This document shows, piece after piece, positions 1 through 9,145 of a stretch of 64,000 nt of DNA; positions within the stretch are counted from its first letter, which is position 1; each line of letters begins with the position of its first letter. The stretch spans positions 32,998 to 96,997 of IMG/VR virus record IMGVR_UViG_3300028394_000002; one strand, written 5' to 3'. The DNA comes from a virus. The notes below the pieces were generated by a model. It saw nothing but the letters and a program-made list of their open reading frames with translations. It was not told where the DNA came from and made no database searches. Position numbers and translations under genes: made by a program.

Positions 1-300
1 CCATTTATACTTATAGTTATTGCAGCTTTATTTGGTATAAATCCAATAGCTACATTGTTTTTAGGGATTAGCTTGTCTACAATAAACCCATTATTCCATT
101 TAGGCTATATGTTTAAAACTAGAAATAAACTAAATCCTAAGACTTACATAGAAGGATTTAAATCAACTGACATTATTTCAGATGGTAATACAGATAAAAA
201 TAAAAAATTAACAAACAAATTATTTAGTACTTACAAAAAAAGAATTAACTTTGCAATCATAAGTGTTATATTTTTAATACTTGCCTTAATATTTAAATAA
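1..300 (+). CDS. Membrane protein, probably 5'-truncated by the window
   Basis: Frame 1 is open from base 1 (PFILIVIAALFGINPIATLFLG...) to TAA at 300, with hydrophobic N- and C-terminal segments. Confidence 0.6.
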   Translation, partial: PFILIVIAALFGINPIATLFLGISLSTINPLFHLGYMFKTRNKLNPKTYIEGFKSTDIISDGNTDKNKKLTNKLFSTYKKRINFAIISVIFLILALIFK

Positions 301-303
301 ATT

Positions 304-618
304 ATGATACATTATTATCAAGAAGAATTAAACGCATTTGTAGAAAAAGCAGCAGAATTTTTTGGATTAACATCCGTTGGAATTTATGGGCAATTTATAG
401 TAATGCTTGGAACAATTAGTTTCCTAAATTTTGGAGAACATTCTAGTTTGTTTATAATAACACCAATAGAAAATTATCCATTTATGCAAACAGTATCATT
501 TATATTTGGAATAGCGGCTAAATTCTTTACAACCTGTGTAGGTGCTATAGCTACAATAAAATTTGTATGTAGTATAATTAAAGGAGTTAAAAATAAATTT
601 AAAAAGAAAGAAGACTAA
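304..618 (+). CDS. Small membrane protein, holin candidate
   Basis: 104 aa with two hydrophobic segments and a basic C-terminal tail (KNKFKKKED), directly upstream of the putative endolysin. Confidence 0.5.
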   Translation: MIHYYQEELNAFVEKAAEFFGLTSVGIYGQFIVMLGTISFLNFGEHSSLFIITPIENYPFMQTVSFIFGIAAKFFTTCVGAIATIKFVCSIIKGVKNKFKKKED

Positions 619-1004
619 TGAACTTAAAGTTAAAAAGAGAAGATTTTACAGAAGATTCTACTATAGGTAAATTATACATCAATGATGTCTTCCATTGTTT
701 TACATTAGAAGATAAAGTTAGGGACACAAAGATACAAAATATTACAGCTATACCAGCTGGTAAGTATGAGGTCATTATAAGTTATTCCAATAGGTTTAAA
801 CAAATGATGCCACTATTACTTAATGTACCTAATTTCCAAGGAGTTAGAATTCATTGGGGTAATTACTCTAAGGATACAGAAGGTTGTATATTAGTAGGTA
901 ATACTAAAAAGGTTGACTTTATTGGTAATTCTGTAGCTCAATATAAAAAATTATTTAGCCTCTTAAAAGGATGTAAAGAGAAAATATACTTAGAAATTAT
1001 ATGA
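618..1004 (+). CDS. DUF5675-type L,D-transpeptidase-like protein, putative endolysin
   Basis: Motifs STIGKL, CFTLED, IPAGKY, GVRIHWGN and DTEGCILVG (His/Cys dyad), flanked by membrane proteins. Confidence 0.8.
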   Translation: MNLKLKREDFTEDSTIGKLYINDVFHCFTLEDKVRDTKIQNITAIPAGKYEVIISYSNRFKQMMPLLLNVPNFQGVRIHWGNYSKDTEGCILVGNTKKVDFIGNSVAQYKKLFSLLKGCKEKIYLEII

Positions 1005-1231
1005 GATATAAAAACTTAACTACTTACGAAAAATTTAAACTTTTAGGTTTAGTAATTAAAGCTGTATTTGGAACAATAGGAGGAGCTGTAATACTAGAAC
1101 AAAATCATCCTTACTTAGCTTTGATCATACTAGCATTAGGAGCTGGAGCCAATGAATGGGTATCCTTTTTAAAAGACAGAGAAATGACTAACATAACTAA
1201 TAAAATAGAACATGAAACTACCTTCATATAA
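1001..1231 (+). CDS. Small two-TM membrane protein, holin/antiholin candidate
   Basis: 76 aa with two hydrophobic helices, inside the lysis cassette. Confidence 0.5.
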   Translation: MRYKNLTTYEKFKLLGLVIKAVFGTIGGAVILEQNHPYLALIILALGAGANEWVSFLKDREMTNITNKIEHETTFI

Positions 1232-1769
1232 ACGACTTATAATTGTAATATATATATTACTAACACTTGTAGCTTTAGGTGCTTGTAATAGCTCTAAAAG
1301 GGCTACTAGACAGTTTTCTAAAGCTGTTAACAAGTTTGGACAGAAAGAATCTGCTAACTATGTAATAGCTAACTATCCTGAGTACTTTAAAACTGTAGCT
1401 AAAATAGATACTATCTTTAGTGTAGACACTATTTATGTAGCTGAAAAAGATGGTGTTGTTACAGATCCAGTTATTATGCATGACACTATTTACATTAAAA
1501 CTAAAGACTTTAGTGCTAATATAAATAAGACTACTGGTAAGGGTACATATAAGATACCTGCTGACACTGTTGTAAAACATGACACAATATCTTTTATGGT
1601 TAAAGTTCCTTGCCCTGATGCTGATTTAGTAGCTTTAAAATCTAGTAAGGAGTTTGTGTTAGAAGTAGCTAAAGCTAAACAAAACTCTAACTTCTATAAG
1701 TTACTCAGTCTTGTATTAGGCTTATTAGCAGGTTTTTTAGGTTATGCGCATTATAGAAAGGATAAATAG
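1212..1769 (+). CDS. Lipoprotein with C-terminal TM helix, unimolecular spanin candidate
   Basis: Basic N-terminus, hydrophobic core and lipobox LGAC; beta-rich DTI/DTV repeats; C-terminal TM LLSLVLGLLAGFLGYA followed by HYRKDK. Confidence 0.6.
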   Translation: MKLPSYKRLIIVIYILLTLVALGACNSSKRATRQFSKAVNKFGQKESANYVIANYPEYFKTVAKIDTIFSVDTIYVAEKDGVVTDPVIMHDTIYIKTKDFSANINKTTGKGTYKIPADTVVKHDTISFMVKVPCPDADLVALKSSKEFVLEVAKAKQNSNFYKLLSLVLGLLAGFLGYAHYRKDK

Positions 1770-1846
1770 TTATTTAATTAATAACAATTAGATGTATTCA
1801 AATACCTCTCTTATACTATATATTAGATACTTATAACCATATTAAA

Positions 1847-2005
1847 ATGAAAGAAGAAGTAAAACAATCATTAGAATTAATTATAAGAGGTTTAGAATCT
1901 CTTAGACTAACTAGGGAAGAAAGGGCTATTTTTGATAATGCCTTTAAAATCTTAACAACAGAATTAACCACTTCAGTAGAAGTTACAGAAGAACAATCAG
2001 CTTAA
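1847..2005 (+). CDS. Hypothetical 52-aa protein not in the ORF track
   Basis: ATG at 1847 after A-rich attaaa; reads MKEEVKQSLELIIRGLESLRLTREERAIFDNAFKILTTELTTSVEVTEEQSA*; followed by a terminator. Confidence 0.6.
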   Translation: MKEEVKQSLELIIRGLESLRLTREERAIFDNAFKILTTELTTSVEVTEEQSA

Positions 2006-2036
2006 TCGTATTAAGTTTGTTATTAATCAACCTACT

Positions 2037-2070
2037 AGGCTCTTACTAAGGTAGGAGCCTTTTTTTATTT
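2037..2070 (+). terminator. Intrinsic terminator
   Basis: AGGCTCTTAC-TAAG-GTAGGAGCCT stem (one G:U pair) followed by a T-tract. Confidence 0.8.
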
Positions 2071-2076
2071 TATAAA

Positions 2077-2781
2077 ATGGCTACAACAACATCATTAAAT
2101 CATATAACATATCTGATTCTTAATCAGCTTAGAGGTAGGTCTGTAATAACAGATACTATTACTACAGACCAGATAGAGCAGATTATAGTTAATTTAAGAT
2201 CTCAACTTATTAAACAGGATGCTAATAAAGGCTACTCGGCTGACCCTTACATCATACAAGACCTAGGTTGTGTAGAATTGGAGGAAGTAGATGCTGGAGA
2301 ATCTTGTATTATTGAGGCAGGTTGTACATTGCTAAGAAGTGTTAAACCTATTCCTAGTACTATCGAGCTTCACAACTCTCAACTCTTTACTAGAGTAGGG
2401 CCTATAAACAAGGGGTTAGCTGGATATGATTTAGTTCAATATGAAAGAATTCCTTTTGTACTTAATAACAAGTACACTAAAGATAGAATTAGATACTATA
2501 TGCAGAATACTAATGGTTATCTGTATCTTATAGTTCCTACTAATATACTACAAGTACTTAGATTTATCAATGTTCAAGGAGTATTTGAAGACCCTAGAGA
2601 AGCTTATAACTTTGAAGACTGTAGTGGAACACCTTGTTATACAGATGATTCACCATTTCCAGTTAAAAATTGGATGGTTAATACAATAGTTAAAATGACT
2701 GTAGAGCTATTCTTAAATCAAGAATCACAAACACCTTCAGATAATACTAATAACAATAGGAATGATTACAGCCAAAACTAA
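2077..2781 (+). CDS. Tail ring/tubular structural protein (crAss-like)
   Basis: 234 aa; IQDLGCVEL and GVFEDP...C...DSPFP pattern and position match crAss-like ring proteins. Confidence 0.65.
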   Translation: MATTTSLNHITYLILNQLRGRSVITDTITTDQIEQIIVNLRSQLIKQDANKGYSADPYIIQDLGCVELEEVDAGESCIIEAGCTLLRSVKPIPSTIELHNSQLFTRVGPINKGLAGYDLVQYERIPFVLNNKYTKDRIRYYMQNTNGYLYLIVPTNILQVLRFINVQGVFEDPREAYNFEDCSGTPCYTDDSPFPVKNWMVNTIVKMTVELFLNQESQTPSDNTNNNRNDYSQN

Positions 2782-3361
2782 TTTAAGTAATACAGATCTA
2801 GGTATTAAGGAGAGAGGTAAAAGTAAGTATCCTAATGATTATGCTATCGGTGACTACTATAAGTATTACAAAGATAACATAAGTACTAAGGAACTGCCTT
2901 TAGGTACTCCTGTTAGTAACTTATCTTATAATATCTCAGCTAAAAAGTATAGAGCTGTATTACTAGCTATCTTTAGAAAGGCTAGAGAGAAGATGATTTT
3001 AAACAATTTAGAGTATATTTTACCTTGTAAGATGGGTAAAATAACTATATGTAAGTTTAAAAAGAAGATTAAATTAGATGAGGAAGGTAATCTAGTAGCA
3101 AGATTAGCTGTTAATTACAGAGCTACAAGAGAATTATGGGCTACTGATGAGCAATCAAAACTAGCTAAAAAGATTATATTTCATTTAAACGATCACACAG
3201 AAGGTTACACTTTTAAGATTGCTTGGATTAAGAATAACTGTACAATGTACAAAAAGAAATTTTATAAACTAATACCTATTAGAGAGTTTAAGAGAGAGCT
3301 TCCTAAATTAATGGGTCAAAACCCTAATTTAGATTTTTATACTTTTAAAAATTCTGATTAA
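2762..3361 (+). CDS. IHF/HU-like protein of the crAss-like tail module
   Basis: Basic 199 aa; YILPCKMGKITICK, VNYRATRELW and HLNDHTEGY motifs; conserved position between ring genes. Confidence 0.55.
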   Translation: MITAKTNLSNTDLGIKERGKSKYPNDYAIGDYYKYYKDNISTKELPLGTPVSNLSYNISAKKYRAVLLAIFRKAREKMILNNLEYILPCKMGKITICKFKKKIKLDEEGNLVARLAVNYRATRELWATDEQSKLAKKIIFHLNDHTEGYTFKIAWIKNNCTMYKKKFYKLIPIREFKRELPKLMGQNPNLDFYTFKNSD

Positions 3362-3374
3362 TAATATATACTAA

Positions 3375-4226
3375 ATGGCTTTAAACGGTAAACTCATCTC
3401 TGTTAAAGAGGTTGTTAATAATGTACTTAGAGATAATCAATACAAAACTCAAGACTTTGAGGTTGGTAGTATGATTGAATGGTCTGCTGAAGCCTGTGAT
3501 TTAATAGGTGTTCCTTATAATCTTATTAATGATTATGCTATAATCCCTATAGAAGACCATAAAGGGTTTATACCTTGTAATTTACACACACAATTACAAA
3601 CTATGACACTAACAACTAGTGGTGTAGTCTTGCCTATGCGTGAGAGTACTTCAACTACTAACCCTTTTAGTGTTAATAATGTAAATGACTATCCTTTAGT
3701 TAATCCAGTAGACCCAGTAGGATTTGATGTTAATGGCAATCCTATTATGACTTTTAATAATTATGATAGCGCTATCTCAGCTGGATTAATAAACAACTTA
3801 CCTTACTCTTTAAGAGATATTACATATAGCACAAGAGGTAATTATATCTTCACATCTTTTAAAGATGGTGCTAGTGTAGTTATGTTTTATAAAGCCTTTC
3901 CTATAGATGAAGAAGGTTATCCACTTATACCTGATGATACTAGTTACAAAATAGCTGTTCAATCTTACATTAGAATGAAGTTAGACTTCCTTTTATGGAG
4001 AAAGAATATTATAGCTAGAGATGTATTTGAATATGCAGAAAGAGAGTGGATGTGGTATGTAGGCCAAGCTAAAACTAAAGCCTTAACTCCTACTTATGAT
4101 ATGATGGAGTCATGGAAGAATAACTGGTTAACTTTAATGCCTAAGATTAATGAACAAGCTAGAAACTTTGAAGGTGTTGGACAATCTCAATATATTAACT
4201 TTGGTATGAAAAACTATAGATTCTAA
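3375..4226 (+). CDS. Tail tubular/ring protein (crAss-like Ttub)
   Basis: 283 aa; YIFTSFKDG...YKAFPIDEEGYPLIPD and WYVGQA motifs; immediately upstream of the muzzle gene. Confidence 0.7.
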   Translation: MALNGKLISVKEVVNNVLRDNQYKTQDFEVGSMIEWSAEACDLIGVPYNLINDYAIIPIEDHKGFIPCNLHTQLQTMTLTTSGVVLPMRESTSTTNPFSVNNVNDYPLVNPVDPVGFDVNGNPIMTFNNYDSAISAGLINNLPYSLRDITYSTRGNYIFTSFKDGASVVMFYKAFPIDEEGYPLIPDDTSYKIAVQSYIRMKLDFLLWRKNIIARDVFEYAEREWMWYVGQAKTKALTPTYDMMESWKNNWLTLMPKINEQARNFEGVGQSQYINFGMKNYRF

Positions 4227-7200
4227 TGGCAGAAGAAAATCAACAAGGTCGTCAAAACATACAATCAACTGGTGCTAGTATTAACTCCTTTAGTAAAGGG
4301 ATTAACCAAGATCTAGCTAAAACTGTTTATAAAGAAGGGAACTATTTAGATGCTCTAAATATTACCTTACTTACTGATAGCGGTTTAAGTACAGCTGTAA
4401 TACAAAATAAAAAAGGTAATAAACTACAAATTAAGTTTCCTGAAATTATACCAGGTGCTACTTATGAATTTGGTGGAGAATACCCTCAAGTTATACCTGC
4501 TCAAGAAAATCTTAAAGCTCTTGAAGGTATAGCAGTAACTGATGGTAATGGTGTACAAACCTTATTCTTCTTTACAAAGAGTAATGCTGTTGGAAATCTT
4601 AATGACAATGGTTATGGCCAAATATGGAGATGTAATTTCCTAGGAACTACTGATAATATATCAGGTGCTATTAATGGTTATGAACTAACCGTTAATGGTC
4701 ATATGATGTACAATAGAGATTTAAACTTTAGTTCTGTAGAAAGAATTAAAGCTCTTGTAAAGTATGAGAATCAAAACTTTTCTAGGATTTATTGGACTGA
4801 TAGTGGTGTAAATCCAGTAAGATCTATTAATACTATAGGTTCATTGTCATCAGTATTGCAAACACCTGTTAGAACTTTAAATATAGTAGCTTATGTTAAT
4901 TTAGATACTCCTGTTATTAAAAGACTAATCAAAGGAGAATTGCCTGAAGGCAGATACCAATTAGCTTATAGATTATTAAACAAATATGGCTGTTTAACCA
5001 ACTTTAGTACTTGTAGTAACTTAATAGATGTTATTGAAGGTGATGAATTCAATAGTGAGTTTGGCTATCCTATTGCTGATACTGTAGCATATAGCACAGA
5101 TGTAATGGCTGAAACAGATACTAAAGATGTTATTGATTCTAATAAAGGTATTGAGTTTTACATACCTCATATTGATAAGGATTATCAAATGATTCAGTAT
5201 GCTTTAATACACTATAGTCAACCTAACTTACCTGAAATATTTGTATATCCTTATAAGGAAATATCATTATATACTAATCAGAATGAAAGTTTTACTGATT
5301 TATATAGTGACACTACAACTCTTACAGCAGAAGAGTTTAATATAATGTATTCTCCATTTGAGAAAGCTTCAACTATTGAAATTAAAGACAACATTTTATT
5401 TGCAGCTAATACTACAAATGAAATGTTTAAAGTTAATGTAGATTACAGAGCTTATAGATTTAACAATGGAGGTGAAGCTGTTACATATGAATTAGATGGC
5501 ACTACTAATATTTTTAGTACTACTTACCCTAATAACAACTTACTAGATGTTATAAACCCTTATAATGATGAAAGCGGTAAGGTCTTTGGTTTAAATCCTA
5601 GTGGTACTACAATAGATTGGTTTAATACCCAACAATATAAATTTCATCAAGATGGAGTTACTGTAGGAGGTATAGGTCCAAATATTAGTTATACTTTTGG
5701 TACAACTGAAATGATAGTTGATACTAATCAAATAAATATAAATAGAGCTCCTTTAATTCAAACTGACATAGATAATAACAATTTAGTAGCTTCTGCACCT
5801 AATCACACAACTAATAACAATGGTAGCTTTAGCTCACTAAAATCTCCATACAAAGCTAGTTGTCAAGTATCTTGGCAGCGTGGAGAAGTATATAGATTTG
5901 GTATTACCTTCTATAATAAGAAAGGACAAGCTTCTTATGTTAATTGGGTAGCAGATATTAAGATGCCTGATTTTAATGAGGTGTATAACAATCCTATGTC
6001 TTTATTATCAAGACATGGAGATAATGGTAAACTACTAATGTATTCTACTCATATAAATTTTGATGTAACTATACCTCAAGATTTAGCTGAGGATATTACA
6101 GGTTTTAGAATGGTTTATGTTGAAAGACAAGAAAATGATAAAACTAGATTTGGAACTGCTATTACTGGTGGTTTACAATCTTTTGAAAGATTAGATATAA
6201 ATCATGGTTATAGTAGGTCTTTTATTATAACAATATTAGCAACTGTTATTTGCTATAAAGTAGGTAACTATATTGATGAGATAGATGGTGATATGGATTT
6301 ATTTAAAATCAAAGAGAATATCAGGCAAAAAATAATGGCTACTGTAGCTGCAGCTATTGTTAAAAAACTTCTTTATATGCCTTATCCAGCTGCTCAACGT
6401 GTAACTAGTTCTGAAGATTTAGCTGATTTTATAGATAGTGTTTTAGATGGGGCTACTAATAATAAAGGAGGTTTTTTAGACGGGATATTTTCTGGAGGTA
6501 ATTTATTTAAATTAATACCGCCTAAACTTGTTGACAAAATTAGAGAGTCTATTAAAGAAGATTTAAGAAAAACATTAGCTCATAAAGTAGCTGGATTACA
6601 TCCTAATGTATATAGTTTAGGTCAAAGAGGTTTAGCTTATTCACAAATAAACAGCCCTTCAGGTTCAGCTGCAATAGGTTACACTTTGTCACCTATTATT
6701 GATTTTAATAAATATACTTTTAAACAAGGAGATTATTTAAAACCTATTAATATATTTGAGCAAGATAATAAAGTTGTATATCAAGTACATAGAGATTCTA
6801 CAGTTGGATTATACAATGTATTAGATAGCTCAGCTTATTTAAGAAAATGGTACAAAGGGAGTACTATTCCTTGGAATCAAGTAGCTGATAATGATGATAG
6901 AAGAATGTACATCAGAAATCAAAAAGTACTTATTCCTGGTGAATTGTTAGGCGCTGGATTTGATAATGTATTAAGTAGTACTAATAGTAATGGAGGAAAT
7001 CTAGATTACTTAATATCTAATAGTTATATATCAACTATACCTCAAACTAATAAAAGAGGAGATATAATCAGTAATGCTAGTTTAATTATAGATGATGTTA
7101 CTGAGGCTGTAAAAAAGGGATTCGAAAATGCAGAATTTCCATATAATTACGTTCCAAATACAGATTTCTTAAAAAAAATATTAAGACCTCATACAGCATT

Positions 7201-9142
7201 AGGTATTGGAGATAAAAAACACATGATTGTTACTAACCCTATTTGGGGTGGTAATGGAGTACCTCGTGGAGTTGATTTTTCAAATGATGAGGAGGAGTCT
7301 TATTTAGAACAATTAAATACCCCTTATTTCCAATCTGAAGATGCTATTAGGTACAAAGATCATGGAGGAGATTATACTGTTACTTATTGTAGACCTATAA
7401 GTGTTACACAATATGGAGGAGTAGGATACAGTAGTAGAGCTAATAATGAATATATACCTGCAAGTGGTTTTTATTCACTAATTACTAGATTAGGTAATAA
7501 ATCATTTAGTATTAAAGCTAATCTAGGTGATACTTATTTAGGAGTGTATGATGCAGTTAACTATTGTTATTATTACAACCAAGTAAGACCTCTTGGTTAT
7601 CAAGATCCTATTAGAAGTAAGAAAGGGATGTATGAAATATTTCCTTGTGAGTCTAGTTTTAACTTTGCTTTAAGAGAAGGTAATCATCCAATTGTTAGTT
7701 TATCTCCAGATGATTTAAAAGAAAATTCTGATTTTAAAACTGAAAGCATTAGCAATCCTGATCAAAGTAAGTTTTTTAATTTTATAAAGAAACCTAAAAC
7801 AGCTAAAGTTGCGGGAGTTATAGCAGGAACAATGGTATATGGAGCTGTTCTTCCTTTAGCATTACTTAGAGGTGGAATTCATAATAGGTTTAGAAAGCGT
7901 GTACAAAAAGATGGTCCTGATACTGCTAATCTAGTATTAAGAAATGAAAGGTTTTTATTATCTGAATTTAAATACAATGATGTATTCCATCAAAAATATA
8001 ATATTCAAAAGTATTTTCCACCTAGTATGTTTTTTGCTAATGAGGTGGATCAATATACTAATAGAATATGGCATTCTAAACCTAAGATAGATGGTGAAGT
8101 AATTGATAGTTGGAGAGATTTTCAATTTGTAGATTATCTAGATGTTGAAGGTACACAAGGCCCTATTGTAGAATTAGTTGTTAATAAGAATAAAATATTC
8201 TTTTATCAAACTAATGGAATAGGTATTGCTAGTAGTAATGAAAGAGGTGCTGTCCAAGGAGCTGATGGTAGTATAGTTTTAAGTAATAATAAAGTATTAT
8301 TAAGATATGACTACATTACTAAGGAAACTGGTACATCACATCAGTATAGTGTTATTAATACTAATATGGCAATATATCATTATGATGATAGTCTTAAAAA
8401 GATATTTCAAGTAGCTGATTCTAATCCTTACCAAAATAAATCTGGATTAGAATGTATATCTGATAACTCAGGTTTATTTAGTAAATTACAAAGTGTTAAC
8501 AATAACATTAATAAATTATTTAATGGTGTTCACGGTGTATATGATACAGAATATCAAACAATATATTATACATTCTTAGATAGAGTTAATCCTGAGAATA
8601 GTTTTACATTAGGTTACAATGAAAAGATGCAAGCATTTGAAAGCTTCTATAGTTTTAAACCTAAAATATACTTTAAATTAAATACTAGAGTGTTTAGTAG
8701 TTTAGGAGATGATAAATGTTACTGGCATAATAAAGGTAACTATGGAGAGTTTTATGATGATTACTTCCCAAGTAAATTAAAGTTCTTAACTAATGAAAAT
8801 CCATTACAAACTAAAGTTTGGGATAATCAACAATATCAAACTGAAGTATATGATACTAATGGGGTATTACAAAATCTAGTTACTATTGATTTAATACAAC
8901 ATAAAACTGAGAATCAATCTACTTTGTTACAACCTTTGTATCCGCAAAGTAATATTAATAAAGTAGAAAGAGATTGGAAATTACAAATACAAAGAGATAT
9001 TACTAATGCTACTTATTCTACTTTATCTAAACCTAGATTAAGAGATATGTATTTGCAAACAGAAATAAGCTTTACTAATAGAGAGAACCAAAGATTAGTT
9101 TTGCATCCAATTATAACATTTTATAGACAATCAATACATTAA
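4226..9142 (+). CDS. Tail stabilisation/muzzle protein (crAss-like Tstab)
   Basis: 1638 aa; NSFSKGINQD, IYWTD, RGEVYRFGI, RIWHSKPKIDGEVIDSWRDF, FTLGYNE..FESFYSFKP and PRLRD motifs. Confidence 0.8.
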   Translation: MAEENQQGRQNIQSTGASINSFSKGINQDLAKTVYKEGNYLDALNITLLTDSGLSTAVIQNKKGNKLQIKFPEIIPGATYEFGGEYPQVIPAQENLKALEGIAVTDGNGVQTLFFFTKSNAVGNLNDNGYGQIWRCNFLGTTDNISGAINGYELTVNGHMMYNRDLNFSSVERIKALVKYENQNFSRIYWTDSGVNPVRSINTIGSLSSVLQTPVRTLNIVAYVNLDTPVIKRLIKGELPEGRYQLAYRLLNKYGCLTNFSTCSNLIDVIEGDEFNSEFGYPIADTVAYSTDVMAETDTKDVIDSNKGIEFYIPHIDKDYQMIQYALIHYSQPNLPEIFVYPYKEISLYTNQNESFTDLYSDTTTLTAEEFNIMYSPFEKASTIEIKDNILFAANTTNEMFKVNVDYRAYRFNNGGEAVTYELDGTTNIFSTTYPNNNLLDVINPYNDESGKVFGLNPSGTTIDWFNTQQYKFHQDGVTVGGIGPNISYTFGTTEMIVDTNQININRAPLIQTDIDNNNLVASAPNHTTNNNGSFSSLKSPYKASCQVSWQRGEVYRFGITFYNKKGQASYVNWVADIKMPDFNEVYNNPMSLLSRHGDNGKLLMYSTHINFDVTIPQDLAEDITGFRMVYVERQENDKTRFGTAITGGLQSFERLDINHGYSRSFIITILATVICYKVGNYIDEIDGDMDLFKIKENIRQKIMATVAAAIVKKLLYMPYPAAQRVTSSEDLADFIDSVLDGATNNKGGFLDGIFSGGNLFKLIPPKLVDKIRESIKEDLRKTLAHKVAGLHPNVYSLGQRGLAYSQINSPSGSAAIGYTLSPIIDFNKYTFKQGDYLKPINIFEQDNKVVYQVHRDSTVGLYNVLDSSAYLRKWYKGSTIPWNQVADNDDRRMYIRNQKVLIPGELLGAGFDNVLSSTNSNGGNLDYLISNSYISTIPQTNKRGDIISNASLIIDDVTEAVKKGFENAEFPYNYVPNTDFLKKILRPHTALGIGDKKHMIVTNPIWGGNGVPRGVDFSNDEEESYLEQLNTPYFQSEDAIRYKDHGGDYTVTYCRPISVTQYGGVGYSSRANNEYIPASGFYSLITRLGNKSFSIKANLGDTYLGVYDAVNYCYYYNQVRPLGYQDPIRSKKGMYEIFPCESSFNFALREGNHPIVSLSPDDLKENSDFKTESISNPDQSKFFNFIKKPKTAKVAGVIAGTMVYGAVLPLALLRGGIHNRFRKRVQKDGPDTANLVLRNERFLLSEFKYNDVFHQKYNIQKYFPPSMFFANEVDQYTNRIWHSKPKIDGEVIDSWRDFQFVDYLDVEGTQGPIVELVVNKNKIFFYQTNGIGIASSNERGAVQGADGSIVLSNNKVLLRYDYITKETGTSHQYSVINTNMAIYHYDDSLKKIFQVADSNPYQNKSGLECISDNSGLFSKLQSVNNNINKLFNGVHGVYDTEYQTIYYTFLDRVNPENSFTLGYNEKMQAFESFYSFKPKIYFKLNTRVFSSLGDDKCYWHNKGNYGEFYDDYFPSKLKFLTNENPLQTKVWDNQQYQTEVYDTNGVLQNLVTIDLIQHKTENQSTLLQPLYPQSNINKVERDWKLQIQRDITNATYSTLSKPRLRDMYLQTEISFTNRENQRLVLHPIITFYRQSIH

Positions 9143-9145
9143 GAT

